Positions 1 through 9,639 of a DNA stretch of 36,330 nt are shown piece by piece. The position numbers and the translations under genes are program-made. Numbering within the stretch: the stretch's first letter is position 1; every line of letters starts with the position of its first letter. The DNA comes from a virus. The notes under the pieces are model-generated. The model was not told the DNA's origin. It saw nothing but the letters and a program-made list of their open reading frames with translations, and did no database searches. Location of the stretch: the IMG/VR virus record IMGVR_UViG_3300045988_012637, positions 1 through 36,330 of that record; one strand, 5' to 3'.

Positions 1-55
1 AATACTTGCTAGTTCAGAAGTTGAAGGGATGTACCGTTTGTATTCTACAACCGGG
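1..55. repeat. 55-bp terminal direct repeat, identical to 36276..36330 (assembly overlap of a circular or circularly permuted genome)
   Basis: Base-by-base comparison of AATACTTGCTAGTTCAGAAGTTGAAGGGATGTACCGTTTGTATTCTACAACCGGG at both ends shows exact identity. Confidence 0.95.
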
Positions 56-1180
56 TCTGTTTTTGGCGGTCTAGTTGAGGGCTACGATAGTGTCAGGTCC
101 CTAAACATGGCGGGCACTGCAGGCTCTTATGGCACAACTATTTACAAGGACGCGTATTTAAACGGACGGTTTGACATCGCAGGTACGAACGTATTTGGTA
201 ACACTAAGAAGCACGATACGAGCAATACACAGGATGTAAGCGGCATGCTGGTGAAGGGCCTGTTCAACGCGACTACTAACGGCAGCACCATATCGGGGAT
301 CGAGGCTAATAACGCGCGGGCCGTGGTGGCACAACCGTTTAGAGTTTCAGGGGCTGGGGGCGTATCGGTATCATCCCCCGTAGGAGTGGAATGCAACATA
401 TATCTAACTGATGCGACAAATAAGATACTAGTAAACACCGGGTACGTATCTGGGACTAATGCCCCCGCCGTACCAGCCCTCCCAGCTGTCTATGCGTACG
501 TAGCCATGAGGAAAACCAACGGGTCTGACATATTGTCCACGGATGAATTTAAAGGCGTAACCGTAACGGTGTACAACGGTTGTAAGATCGTGAACACAGG
601 CGCAACAGCGGTTAACATGAAGGGTAATATCCGCGTAGAGGATAACGCCACAATCGTCAACGCTGGCGTTACCGGAACGGGCTACTTCGGTGGTAATTCC
701 GTAGTGTACTATAATCCCGCTGTTTGGGCGGCCCTTGAATGTACCGGGTCGGCGTTCATGAAGGACAACGCGGTATTCGCGCCTACGTCGTTAGCAGGGG
801 CGTGTGCGCTTGTTCACATGGAGGGCAACGCAAAGTTTATCGGATCAGGTGCTAGATCTAGTACAGAACTTTCGTTCATCATGAGGGACAACGCTATTAT
901 CGAGGGGGTCTCTAATACACGGTCGGGTGTGTCTATGTCCGGTAATGCTAAAGTAACGTCTACGGGGGCTATCTCAGCCAATAGTCGCGGCGCTCTTGTA
1001 ATGAAGGATAACGCTAGCATTGAGGCGGCCACAACCGTTATCGGGGCTATTACGCTAGCGGGTAATTACAAGGGTAACGTAGTAAAAACGTGGACGGGCA
1101 AACGGACCATTACAGATGTAAACGAGCCGGAATACGATAATAACGTAAAAACTCAATATGAACATGAGCATAACTTTTAA
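2..1180 (+). CDS. C-terminal part of a wrap-around ~800-aa beta-solenoid-like tail fibre or receptor-binding protein (continues from 35056..36330)
   Basis: The frame of ORF 29..1180 stays open back to base 2. It is in phase with the stop-free ORF 35056..36330 once the 55-bp overlap is collapsed. M-[KRES]-[DG]-N-A motifs recur about every 20-21 aa (MKDNA, MEGNA, MRDNA, MSGNA, MKDNA). It lies in the virion module. Confidence 0.6.
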   Translation: MLASSEVEGMYRLYSTTGSVFGGLVEGYDSVRSLNMAGTAGSYGTTIYKDAYLNGRFDIAGTNVFGNTKKHDTSNTQDVSGMLVKGLFNATTNGSTISGIEANNARAVVAQPFRVSGAGGVSVSSPVGVECNIYLTDATNKILVNTGYVSGTNAPAVPALPAVYAYVAMRKTNGSDILSTDEFKGVTVTVYNGCKIVNTGATAVNMKGNIRVEDNATIVNAGVTGTGYFGGNSVVYYNPAVWAALECTGSAFMKDNAVFAPTSLAGACALVHMEGNAKFIGSGARSSTELSFIMRDNAIIEGVSNTRSGVSMSGNAKVTSTGAISANSRGALVMKDNASIEAATTVIGAITLAGNYKGNVVKTWTGKRTITDVNEPEYDNNVKTQYEHEHNF

Positions 1181-1568
1181 AGGAGTACTAGACCAAATAG
1201 GGACATGGGGGGCGCAACACGCGCTTCCCGTATTCTTCGGAGATGAATCTACACGTAATCGGCTGGCAAACGATATAACGGGTGATTTTATCTTTGTTGA
1301 TGTACCCGGCGGCAGGCAGGACTATAACGACTACGCCGCCGAGGCGTTCTCGATCACTGTGCTTATACAGGTACTGGGGACTTCTCACTACGAGCGTGAC
1401 GACGTGTCCGAGATCGACGTACTGGATCGGACGTTTACAGTCATAACGGACATAGCAAAGAAGGCGGTTTGCCTTTATGTGTCCGAGGGTGCGGCGGTTG
1501 TCAAGCGTCAAAACATATATGACAGTCCAAAGTCAGGCTGGGAGATAACACTAAATCTATCCGAGTAA
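1158..1568 (+). CDS. hypothetical virion-module protein (136 aa)
   Basis: ATG-initiated ORF that overlaps the end of the upstream gene and joins the next gene by TAATG. No recognisable motif. Confidence 0.5.
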   Translation: MNMSITFKGVLDQIGTWGAQHALPVFFGDESTRNRLANDITGDFIFVDVPGGRQDYNDYAAEAFSITVLIQVLGTSHYERDDVSEIDVLDRTFTVITDIAKKAVCLYVSEGAAVVKRQNIYDSPKSGWEITLNLSE

Positions 1569-2014
1569 TGGCACGTAACGCGATGTTGGAAATAGAGGTG
1601 CTGCTAACTAAGCTACGGGACGATATAGAAGCGTCTTACAAGGCTAAGGGGCTTATGGCATCCGGTAACTTTGCCAAGGACCTAAAGTTGGTTGTAAGCG
1701 GCAACAACGCTAAGATAACAGCACCGCGATATGTGGGTGCGATGGAAGGCGGAAGGGTAGCGGGCAAACGTCCGCCGTTGTGGATCATCCGGAAGTGGAT
1801 CGAGGACAAGAACAAGCAGGGCGCGAACATACCGTTAAGCGCCGCGTATCCGATCGCAAAGCTAATCGGTGAAGAAGGGATCAAAGTACCGAACAAGCAC
1901 AACCCCGGCGGCGTGGTGTCGGACGTTCTCAACCCTGCTAGGGTGCTTAAGTTACAAAACGAGATAGTAACTATAATTAAATACGCTATTATTGACACTT
2001 TAAATATTAAATAG
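1568..2014 (+). CDS. hypothetical virion-module protein (148 aa)
   Basis: ATG ORF packed tightly between neighbours (TAATG upstream; stop immediately followed by the next ATG). Confidence 0.5.
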   Translation: MARNAMLEIEVLLTKLRDDIEASYKAKGLMASGNFAKDLKLVVSGNNAKITAPRYVGAMEGGRVAGKRPPLWIIRKWIEDKNKQGANIPLSAAYPIAKLIGEEGIKVPNKHNPGGVVSDVLNPARVLKLQNEIVTIIKYAIIDTLNIK

Positions 2015-4240
2015 ATGAACGTACAAATACCGATAGCGGGCTTAACGCTAACAGATAATCAGACGTACGACGGACAGTTACCCGTGTGGGCTACGCGCCC
2101 TTTGATGATCCGCATAAAGCCGGACTACATAAGCGGAAACGAGTACCCGGTTTATATCCGTGTGTCGAACGGCGGGGCGGTCAAGAAGGAAATAGTTTTT
2201 CCTTATCAAGAGGAGGTAGACGTAGACCTGTCATTTGCCGCTCCACTGTTGAGGCGAGCAGACCGCAACAAATCCGAGGGTAACCCGGCTTTCCCGCAGC
2301 AAGAGGTAGAAATATGGAGTTCGGACATTGCTAATAAAATAACGCTTCCTGTGTTCCACTGTGACGAAACGTATTGGGACACGCTAGGCGTTGACGGCGC
2401 GCTCCCCCAACCGCCCAAACCGCGCATACCGGGTCAGACGCTGGACATTTATTTCCCATACCGGATACACCCGCTTGACGCGCTTTCCGTTGAGGTTGAG
2501 CCCGTGACAGGCGCGCCTAGTTCGGCTATCTTTCCTACTACCTACGTACTGGGAAATACTATCGATATAACGTACATTAAGAAGTTGACGATCAAAAACG
2601 TTTGGGGGTCGGGGCTTGATCAGGTGATTAACTATGAAGACCGCCTAATGTCTGACGTTGTTTATGACGAGAGCCTGCAATGCGCTTTGCGCGCTAGATG
2701 GAACATGCGCAACGGACAATGGTTTTGGGCTGCATTTAAGGATTATTTTTGGTCTAATAAGTTCACACCGATTCGAGGCCGTGGAGGCGTAACAGAACAA
2801 GCGGAGATCACTATAAATCTAGAGTATGGCGAAGAGTGGTACAACGTCTACCAAGAGTTGTTGGTATCGTCTAATGTCGTGTTCGATCTGAACATACCGG
2901 GAATAAATCAATATCAATCGAAACGCTTTAGGGCAGAAATTTCGGGGGATACGGGTGCGCGGTGGTCAAACAGTACTAAGACGTACAGACAGCAGGTGAG
3001 ATTCAGAACAACCGAGCTACAAGACAACTACGTGTTCCCGTTAGCGCCGGATCAACCGCCTACGCCGTCTATCGCGTTTAGCGCGCAGCGTAACCCGTGG
3101 ACGGTCGGTGCAGCGTATGCGGAAGGACTAGCTAATAGCATATATAGCAACGCGGCATGGGAGGTGCAGAGCGAGCCTAGCTGGCTTACTGTGACAAATG
3201 GCGCAACGTTATTAACGCCGGACGACTTCGAACAAGGCAGCGCATTAGCTACGCCGGGTCTGACGTGGGAACAGGCGAAAGCAAGCACACCGAACGGTAT
3301 AAGAACTAAGAAGGCGTTCACGGGTTTAAACAATGAAATTTATAGCCTTATATCCGGCGTTCCGGGATATATGGTTATACTTGTGTATCTTAACGCGGAC
3401 GGTACTATATCTGCTAATACGCCTTGGATTTCTATAAACGGTAGAGTAAATACAGGCACATATCAGCAAGTAGGAATGATAATAAAAAAAACGGACACTA
3501 CCGCGATCACGCCCGCAGACATCACAACGTTAAACGCCTATTGGGGGAAACGTTATCATCAATTCCCGGCGGGTAATTCTAATCTCACCGCAACGGTAGC
3601 CGCCAACACTGGTGAACCGAGAACGGGTAACATTGTGTTGAAAAGCAAGGTGGGGTCTGCTACATACAATATAGCCGTTACGCAGGCTGGGATTTCAGGC
3701 AATATATCAGTAGACACGCCGACGTTTAACGTAGACTATCTAACGCATCCGGTAACTGTAGACGTTACAGCGGTTGGCGCGTGGTCTGTGTCGCAGCGTG
3801 ATACGTGGATCACACCGGACTTAACCGAAGGCGCGCCCGGCGAAACAACCGTAACGTTAACGATCGCGGACAATGATTCGAATAACAACGCGCGAACCGG
3901 AACAATAATGTTCCACAATGACCAAACCGAGGAGATGGTGGTAGTTACCGTTAACCAAGCAGGTGCGCCAACTTCAATCGGTTTAACTCCGTTCCGTATT
4001 TCGGGCAGCAAGGCAGGTGGAGAATTACGCCCCGTTGTGTATATATCCGGCAATAACTGGACTATGGGAAGTGCCCCAAGTTGGGTATCTGTTACGCCTA
4101 CGTCAGGCACAGCCGGATCGGGCGCAATAAACGTAACGTTCAATACACCGAACCCGGGAGCAGCACGTACGGGGCAGTTGAGAATCAAGAATACAGTTAC
4201 GAACGAGATCGCAATTTGTTTAATCACACAGGAGGGATAA
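2015..4240 (+). CDS. tail protein with C-terminal BACON-like (Ig-like carbohydrate-binding) repeats
   Basis: There are three or four repeats of W-x-[VM]-x-S-x-x-x-W-[LIV]-[TS]-V... ending ...ARTG-x-[IL]-x-[FLI]...[VI]-T-Q-x-G. Examples are GEPRTGNIVLKSK..IAVTQAG, NARTGTIMFHND..VTVNQAG and AARTGQLRIKNT..CLITQEG. Confidence 0.65.
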   Translation: MNVQIPIAGLTLTDNQTYDGQLPVWATRPLMIRIKPDYISGNEYPVYIRVSNGGAVKKEIVFPYQEEVDVDLSFAAPLLRRADRNKSEGNPAFPQQEVEIWSSDIANKITLPVFHCDETYWDTLGVDGALPQPPKPRIPGQTLDIYFPYRIHPLDALSVEVEPVTGAPSSAIFPTTYVLGNTIDITYIKKLTIKNVWGSGLDQVINYEDRLMSDVVYDESLQCALRARWNMRNGQWFWAAFKDYFWSNKFTPIRGRGGVTEQAEITINLEYGEEWYNVYQELLVSSNVVFDLNIPGINQYQSKRFRAEISGDTGARWSNSTKTYRQQVRFRTTELQDNYVFPLAPDQPPTPSIAFSAQRNPWTVGAAYAEGLANSIYSNAAWEVQSEPSWLTVTNGATLLTPDDFEQGSALATPGLTWEQAKASTPNGIRTKKAFTGLNNEIYSLISGVPGYMVILVYLNADGTISANTPWISINGRVNTGTYQQVGMIIKKTDTTAITPADITTLNAYWGKRYHQFPAGNSNLTATVAANTGEPRTGNIVLKSKVGSATYNIAVTQAGISGNISVDTPTFNVDYLTHPVTVDVTAVGAWSVSQRDTWITPDLTEGAPGETTVTLTIADNDSNNNARTGTIMFHNDQTEEMVVVTVNQAGAPTSIGLTPFRISGSKAGGELRPVVYISGNNWTMGSAPSWVSVTPTSGTAGSGAINVTFNTPNPGAARTGQLRIKNTVTNEIAICLITQEG

Positions 4241-4241
4241 G

Positions 4242-5996
4242 ATGAAAATAGTATCATTGAGAGTTAACGGTTACGACATTGACGGACTAGATAACGCGAC
4301 GGTCAAAATCACATTAAACAACATTTCCCCGGTTACCATGACCGGGGATAGCGTCGCGTTCAGCGCGTCGGTAAAAGTGCCGAGAACGCCGGACAATGAC
4401 CGGACGTTTATAGGGCTGAACAAGGGTTTGCTTAACTGTGAGTATTACGTAGCCGAGGTGCGCGTATCATCCATTCCGTTCAAGTATTACGCTTATGTGT
4501 CCGACGAGCCTACACAGTTCTACGCGAAGGTGTCGGCGACTGAAACGGAGTACACTATAAACTTAATAGAGAGTACGGACAAGTGGTCCGACGTGAGCAA
4601 ACAAATTTCTTCGCCCTATGTGCATGCCGTTGTCCGGGACACCGAAAACTCACAGTATTTGGCGGCGGTGGATTTGTCGCAAATTGTGAGAACAAATTTT
4701 AATTTCCCGCAAATCGCTTTCCCTAACATTCAACCGTATTACGCTGACGGGACTAGACCCATAGATTACGATTCGTTACAGGCGCATCTTATTTGTTCGC
4801 GTGGTGCTTTATCGTGGAATTCTGATGTAGCGGCGGGTTCTACGAGCCTTATACCCCGAAACTCGACTAAAGGACGGGGCGGGTACATGTATCCAGACGT
4901 GGCGCAATATGTATTTGACAATGCTAGTATGTACTTGAATGCCTCTTATTTTGGCACAGCGCCCGGGGGGCTTCTGGCGGGGCTTAAGGTAAAACCTTCA
5001 CAAGAGGAAAGGTTCGCTACATTCTTGCTCGAATACACAGGGGATTCTATCCCCGCAACAAAACCGGATATAAATTTAGTAGGTAACTCTTCGGGGGAAC
5101 GCTTTAATTTTTTCGCAGGGGTTTACAAAGGGCAAGTATCCGAAAGGGTGTGGGTTTATTCTATGAAATTTGATTCGGCAGCGGGCGGGAACTTATTCCC
5201 GAAAGCCGACAGTCATTTATTAATATCTGCCACAATAAACGGTGAGACACGGACGGACTTTTTCAAAATACCTAACGGGTATTCACCGGGTGAATGCGTA
5301 CGATTCAAAGGGGAAGCCAAACCGGAAAACGATCTAAGCCCTACGGTCAAGACCGTTAACGACGTACCAATAGGATTCTCGTACACGGACGTAAAAAACA
5401 TTGTGGACGACATGTGCACGGCATGGCATTGGCGTAAAATTTACCGCAACGGTACGTTACGTGTCGAGCCGATAGTAGACGCCGATCTACGTGACGGTAC
5501 ATCAGCGGCATGGGCACATATACACGATTGGAGCGACAAACTACGTAGCGTTGAAACCGTAGACGTGCCGGACGAGTTCGCAGACCAATACGTGTGCACG
5601 CTAGATTCTACGCAATTCAGTTACACCAACGGTGCGGGAACGGTAACACCTGTTAAGGAGGCGTACAAGTCGGCGATTAAATTCCCGTACAGCCCTTATT
5701 TGTTTCCAAAAGTAGGGCTTACGGCGGCTTTCAGTAAGACGGGCTACGATCAACAGTATATCCACGTGAATGATATTTATTACCCGTATATAAACAGGCA
5801 TTTCAAGATGTTCAGATCACGGGTACAAGTGAAAATCAAGGCGCAACTGGAATACGGAGACGTTGAGAATCTGAAATTAGGGGACGCTTATTATTTTTCG
5901 CAGCTAAACAGCTACTTCTATATCAAATCTCTAGGCGAATATGACGTAGCAACCGGGAATTGTAAGCTATCTTTGTACAAAATGGATTTAAAATAA
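4242..5996 (+). CDS. putative tail/baseplate protein (584 aa)
   Basis: Long ORF lying between a tail protein and the tape-measure-like gene. The N-terminus (KIVSLRVNGYDIDGLDN) resembles phage distal tail proteins. Assignment is by position only. Confidence 0.45.
   Translation: MKIVSLRVNGYDIDGLDNATVKITLNNISPVTMTGDSVAFSASVKVPRTPDNDRTFIGLNKGLLNCEYYVAEVRVSSIPFKYYAYVSDEPTQFYAKVSATETEYTINLIESTDKWSDVSKQISSPYVHAVVRDTENSQYLAAVDLSQIVRTNFNFPQIAFPNIQPYYADGTRPIDYDSLQAHLICSRGALSWNSDVAAGSTSLIPRNSTKGRGGYMYPDVAQYVFDNASMYLNASYFGTAPGGLLAGLKVKPSQEERFATFLLEYTGDSIPATKPDINLVGNSSGERFNFFAGVYKGQVSERVWVYSMKFDSAAGGNLFPKADSHLLISATINGETRTDFFKIPNGYSPGECVRFKGEAKPENDLSPTVKTVNDVPIGFSYTDVKNIVDDMCTAWHWRKIYRNGTLRVEPIVDADLRDGTSAAWAHIHDWSDKLRSVETVDVPDEFADQYVCTLDSTQFSYTNGAGTVTPVKEAYKSAIKFPYSPYLFPKVGLTAAFSKTGYDQQYIHVNDIYYPYINRHFKMFRSRVQVKIKAQLEYGDVENLKLGDAYYFSQLNSYFYIKSLGEYDVATGNCKLSLYKMDLK
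5968..5975 (+). promoter_or_regulatory. candidate internal promoter -7 box TATCTTTG upstream of 6004
   Basis: Exact copy of the octamer used at the intergenic promoters, 29 nt before the ATG at 6004. No -33 TTTG at canonical spacing, and it lies inside the end of the preceding CDS. Confidence 0.35.
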
Positions 5997-6003
5997 CATA
6001 AAA

Positions 6004-8517
6004 ATGGCGGATCAAGTAACATTATTAGACCTAAATTTCGGCACGTCAGAAGCCGAGAAGGGGCTAGACGCGTTAATAGCCAAAAGCATGGCGCTTGCAA
6101 AGACTAAAAAGGATTTGCAGGCGGCGTACGCCTCCGAGAAGAAGGAGCTAGACGCGCTAAATCAGAACTACGCGGACGGTCTTGTACAGCAAGACAAGTA
6201 CGACGCGACTGTTAAGAAGCTGAATAAGTCTCTGATCGAGACGCAAAAAGCGATACTGGACAATACCGAGGCGAACAAAAAGAATAACGCCGAGATCAAG
6301 TCTACAAAAACGCTTCTCGACAACGAGGCTACGAGCGTCAACGCGCTACGCGCCCAACTGGCGCAAAACACCACGGAGCTTAACAAGATGAGCGAGGCGC
6401 AACGGACTACCAGCAAGGAAGGACAAGACCTAACCGAGCAAACCAAAGCGTTATCGGACAAGCTTAAGGAGATGGAGAAGGCGGTAGGCGACAACCGCCG
6501 CAACGTCGGTAATTACGCCGAGAGCGTCAAGGACGGTATACTCCAAACACAAGGGCTAACCGGGGGGACTGGTGCGCTGGTAGGGCAAATGAAAAGCGGA
6601 ATAGCAGGGGTACAGGCGTTCAACGCAGCGTTAAAGGCGAACCCTATTATATTCGTTGTGTCGCTTGTCTTATCGCTTATCGCTATCATCGAGAAGATGA
6701 TGAAACGTAACAGCGAGTTAGCGACTAGCCTTAACGCCGCATTCGCGCCTTTTAAGGTGATTTTCGGGCGTTTGCTGGACTGGATAACCGGATTGTTTGA
6801 AGGGGTGGCGTTCTTGCTTGAGAACCTTGCTAAAGCCGTTACATGGCTTCTAGACAAACTAGGGCTTATCAGTGAGGAGACGAAGAGAGCAGCGGCGGAA
6901 GGCGCCCGGCTGGCAGCCCAAACGCAGAAGATTTACCAGGCTGAAACGGCGGCACTCGTACCTATGGCACAGATGCGGCGCGAGATGGAAGAGCTTAAGA
7001 CGCTGGCAGCGGATCAAAACAAGTCAGCGGCGGAGCGTACTAAGTTGCTAGAACAAGCTAGGGAAAAGCTGCACGCTATTCGTGATATGGAATTGTCCGT
7101 ACTGGAAGCTAAATACAAGCAAATAAAAGCCGAGAACCAGCTAGGCTACACTAGTGACGAGGACGCACGGAAAGAACAAGAAGCCCTTGCAGCACTCGAA
7201 GCGGCACGCGCCCAATACGCTACACAGGAGAAAGAAATGGCGGGGCAGGTGTCCGGCTTCATAAAGCAGGAGCGCGACAAGCAGGCACAAGCGGCACAAG
7301 CGGCGGCGGCGAAGTCAGCGAAGGCGGCGGAAGACGCAGCGAAGCGGGAAGCAGACGCGCAAAAGAAGGCGCAGGACGCTATCAAGGCCGCACAGGACGC
7401 GCAACTTAAGAAATATTCGGAAGCGGTTACCGCAATGCAACTGGACATAGCGCAACGGGAACTAGAAGGCGCTCAAATCTCATTGCAAGAACTGCAAGCG
7501 GTGAACGATCAAAAGATAGAGATCGAGACGTACAGACGGGCACAGGGTTTGATTGGGGAACAGGAGTATATTAACAACGTCCGCCAACTCGAGCTGGAAT
7601 ACGCCGCGGAGGTTAAAGCCCGGAAGGACGAGGAAGACCAGAAGGAGCGAGACCGTCAAGCTCTCAACATGGAGAACGACCGCGCGCTAGCTGACATGAA
7701 AATGGGTAATGACTTGGAAAGCCAATTGGCCCGGTTGGAGGAGCGGAAGGCTCTAGAAATAGCGAACGCGGAAGCCATCGGGGCGGACACAACCGCGATA
7801 ACCGAACGTTACGCGGAAATGAAGAAAAAGCTTTTACAGGAATTCTATAACGCGCAATTAGAAATGGCAGCAGGCACAGCCGGACAACTCTCTAGCTTAC
7901 TGGGCGAAGAGAGCACGGCGGGGAAAGCGTTTGCCACGGCGCAGGCGCTTATCAACACGTATTTAGGCGCGTCTAAAGCTTTGGCACAGGGCGGCATCTG
8001 GGGTATCCCGCAGGCGGCTATGATTACTGCTTTTGGTATGAAACAGGTTATGAGCATTAACAAAACTAAAACGCCGGACACTAAGATAAACACGAGCGTT
8101 AAGAAATACGCGAAGGGCGGGCAGATTTACGGAGCCAGCCATGCGGCGGGCGGCGTGACGTTCACCGGATCAAACGGTCAACAGTTCGAAGCCGAAGGCG
8201 GGGAAAATATGTACATTCTAAACCGTAAAGCGTCCGGCGCGATCAACGCGTTATCAGCCCTTAACATGGAGTACGGCGGGCGTTCGTTCGGTTCGTCTGG
8301 CGTGTATCGGTACGCAAACGGTGGCAAAATCGACGTAGGCGGCGGATCAACTATGCAGTTACCTAGTAATTTCAGCCTGTCAAATGATAGTTTGCGGAAA
8401 CTGGCGGCAATTATGTACGATTCAGTGGCTAGCGTTCCCGCGCCACGGGTGGCAGTTACCGACATAGACGAGGGTCAACAGCAGTATAATAGTGTACAAG
8501 TAGCGGCTAGCCTGTAA
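6004..8517 (+). CDS. tape-measure-like or internal virion protein (837 aa)
   Basis: Long Ala/Lys/Glu/Gln-rich coiled-coil sequence with a hydrophobic segment (IIFVVSLVLSLIAIIEKMM and following) and a Gly-rich C-terminus. It is the largest gene of the tail module. Confidence 0.6.
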   Translation: MADQVTLLDLNFGTSEAEKGLDALIAKSMALAKTKKDLQAAYASEKKELDALNQNYADGLVQQDKYDATVKKLNKSLIETQKAILDNTEANKKNNAEIKSTKTLLDNEATSVNALRAQLAQNTTELNKMSEAQRTTSKEGQDLTEQTKALSDKLKEMEKAVGDNRRNVGNYAESVKDGILQTQGLTGGTGALVGQMKSGIAGVQAFNAALKANPIIFVVSLVLSLIAIIEKMMKRNSELATSLNAAFAPFKVIFGRLLDWITGLFEGVAFLLENLAKAVTWLLDKLGLISEETKRAAAEGARLAAQTQKIYQAETAALVPMAQMRREMEELKTLAADQNKSAAERTKLLEQAREKLHAIRDMELSVLEAKYKQIKAENQLGYTSDEDARKEQEALAALEAARAQYATQEKEMAGQVSGFIKQERDKQAQAAQAAAAKSAKAAEDAAKREADAQKKAQDAIKAAQDAQLKKYSEAVTAMQLDIAQRELEGAQISLQELQAVNDQKIEIETYRRAQGLIGEQEYINNVRQLELEYAAEVKARKDEEDQKERDRQALNMENDRALADMKMGNDLESQLARLEERKALEIANAEAIGADTTAITERYAEMKKKLLQEFYNAQLEMAAGTAGQLSSLLGEESTAGKAFATAQALINTYLGASKALAQGGIWGIPQAAMITAFGMKQVMSINKTKTPDTKINTSVKKYAKGGQIYGASHAAGGVTFTGSNGQQFEAEGGENMYILNRKASGAINALSALNMEYGGRSFGSSGVYRYANGGKIDVGGGSTMQLPSNFSLSNDSLRKLAAIMYDSVASVPAPRVAVTDIDEGQQQYNSVQVAASL

Positions 8518-8556
8518 ATCATAGGTAAAGCCGCGGCTTCGTGCCGTTTAATAATA

Positions 8557-8564
8557 TATCTTTG
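8557..8564 (+). promoter_or_regulatory. candidate promoter -7 box TATCTTTG upstream of the head genes
   Basis: Exact octamer in the 67-nt intergenic gap, 21 nt before the ATG at 8585. No clear -33 element. Confidence 0.4.
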
Positions 8565-8584
8565 TACCAATAATACAGTAATAT

Positions 8585-9619
8585 ATGAAAATATTTGAAA
8601 AGTTACGCATTATAGAAGCCGGGGAGACCGCAAACTACTATGAAGAAGGGGGAAAGGCTTATAAATTAGTCATCTCTGCTAGTGCTTTCCCGTCTCTAGT
8701 GGCTTTAGGTAATTCCCGGCCTATTCACGCACGCCGCACTCATAACGGCGCAGACTTGCTTGACGGGTATATAGGACACTTCGCTAACTTCACACACGAC
8801 GAAAATGCCGTTTACGCCGACCTAGTTATGTCGGAAGCTTTGGAAAGCGCGTATCCTAGCGAATATAATTTTATGGTTGCCATGATCGAGAAGGAGCCGG
8901 AGCTATTGGGCGTATCGGTGAATCAGTCTGACGTTAAACAGTTGGACGAAGAAGCGCAAACCGCAACCGTAACAGAAGTAAGAGAATTATTTAGTGCCGA
9001 TTTGGTGGGACTTCCCGCGGCTACTAGTTCTTTATTTAATAACAATTTAAACAAATTATCAATGAGTAAATTTTGGACAAAATTAGCCGAGCTGGTTAAG
9101 TCTACTAAGCTGGCTAGGGAAACCGTCACAACCAAAGAGGGAAAAGAGCTTGTTATTATCGCGCAAGGCGAACAAGCTGCATTGGGTGACGAGGTACAGG
9201 ACGCCGAGGGTAAACCCGTAGAGGATGGCGATTATTACATTTCTATTGGCGAAGGTGAGGACATGATTATTTCAGTCGTAGCCGGAAAGATTTCCGACGT
9301 GAAGGAAGTGGAAAGCGAAGCTAAACGCGAAGAAGAGGGTCAAGAGGAATTCGCGGAAGACGAGGACAAGGAAGACGAGGACAAGGAAGACGAGGACAAA
9401 AAGAAAACGGCTACCCCGGAAGAACTTGCAGCGATCCGCAAAGAAGTTACCGAGTTGAAGACAATTGTCGCAGGTCTTAAGACCCAACTAAGCAAGCGTA
9501 CAGGCGCACCGGCAGCAGCAAAAACAGAGCTGAAGACCGAAATTAAGACCGAAACAAAATTGAGCCGTGAAGAGGTTCAGAAGGCCGCAGCAGAAATGCG
9601 TAAAAAATTCAAATATTAA
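8585..9619 (+). CDS. putative prohead protease fused to a scaffolding domain
   Basis: The N-terminal half shows HK97-type prohead protease features (HNGADLLDGYIGH..., ELFSADLVGLPAATSS resembling the conserved V..PA strand). The C-terminal half is acidic coiled coil. The gene sits directly upstream of the capsid gene. Confidence 0.5.
   Translation: MKIFEKLRIIEAGETANYYEEGGKAYKLVISASAFPSLVALGNSRPIHARRTHNGADLLDGYIGHFANFTHDENAVYADLVMSEALESAYPSEYNFMVAMIEKEPELLGVSVNQSDVKQLDEEAQTATVTEVRELFSADLVGLPAATSSLFNNNLNKLSMSKFWTKLAELVKSTKLARETVTTKEGKELVIIAQGEQAALGDEVQDAEGKPVEDGDYYISIGEGEDMIISVVAGKISDVKEVESEAKREEEGQEEFAEDEDKEDEDKEDEDKKKTATPEELAAIRKEVTELKTIVAGLKTQLSKRTGAPAAAKTELKTEIKTETKLSREEVQKAAAEMRKKFKY
9356..9400 (+). 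repeat. 3 x 15-bp in-frame tandem repeat (GAAGACGAGGACAAG), encoding (EDEDK)3
   Basis: Read directly from the sequence; the third unit ends in AAA instead of AAG. Confidence 0.9.
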
Positions 9620-9639
9620 TCTACTAAAACATTAAAATT

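Noticed and set aside
2086-2283. 65-aa + strand ORF in another frame inside 2015..4240
   Set aside because: It is fully nested in a long, well-supported gene. Its Arg/Gly-rich composition is typical of off-frame translation.
8528-8539. Palindrome AAGCCGCGGCTT after the tape-measure-like gene, considered as a terminator
   Set aside because: As a hairpin it leaves at most a 4-bp stem around a 4-nt loop and has no T-run. It is too weak to call.
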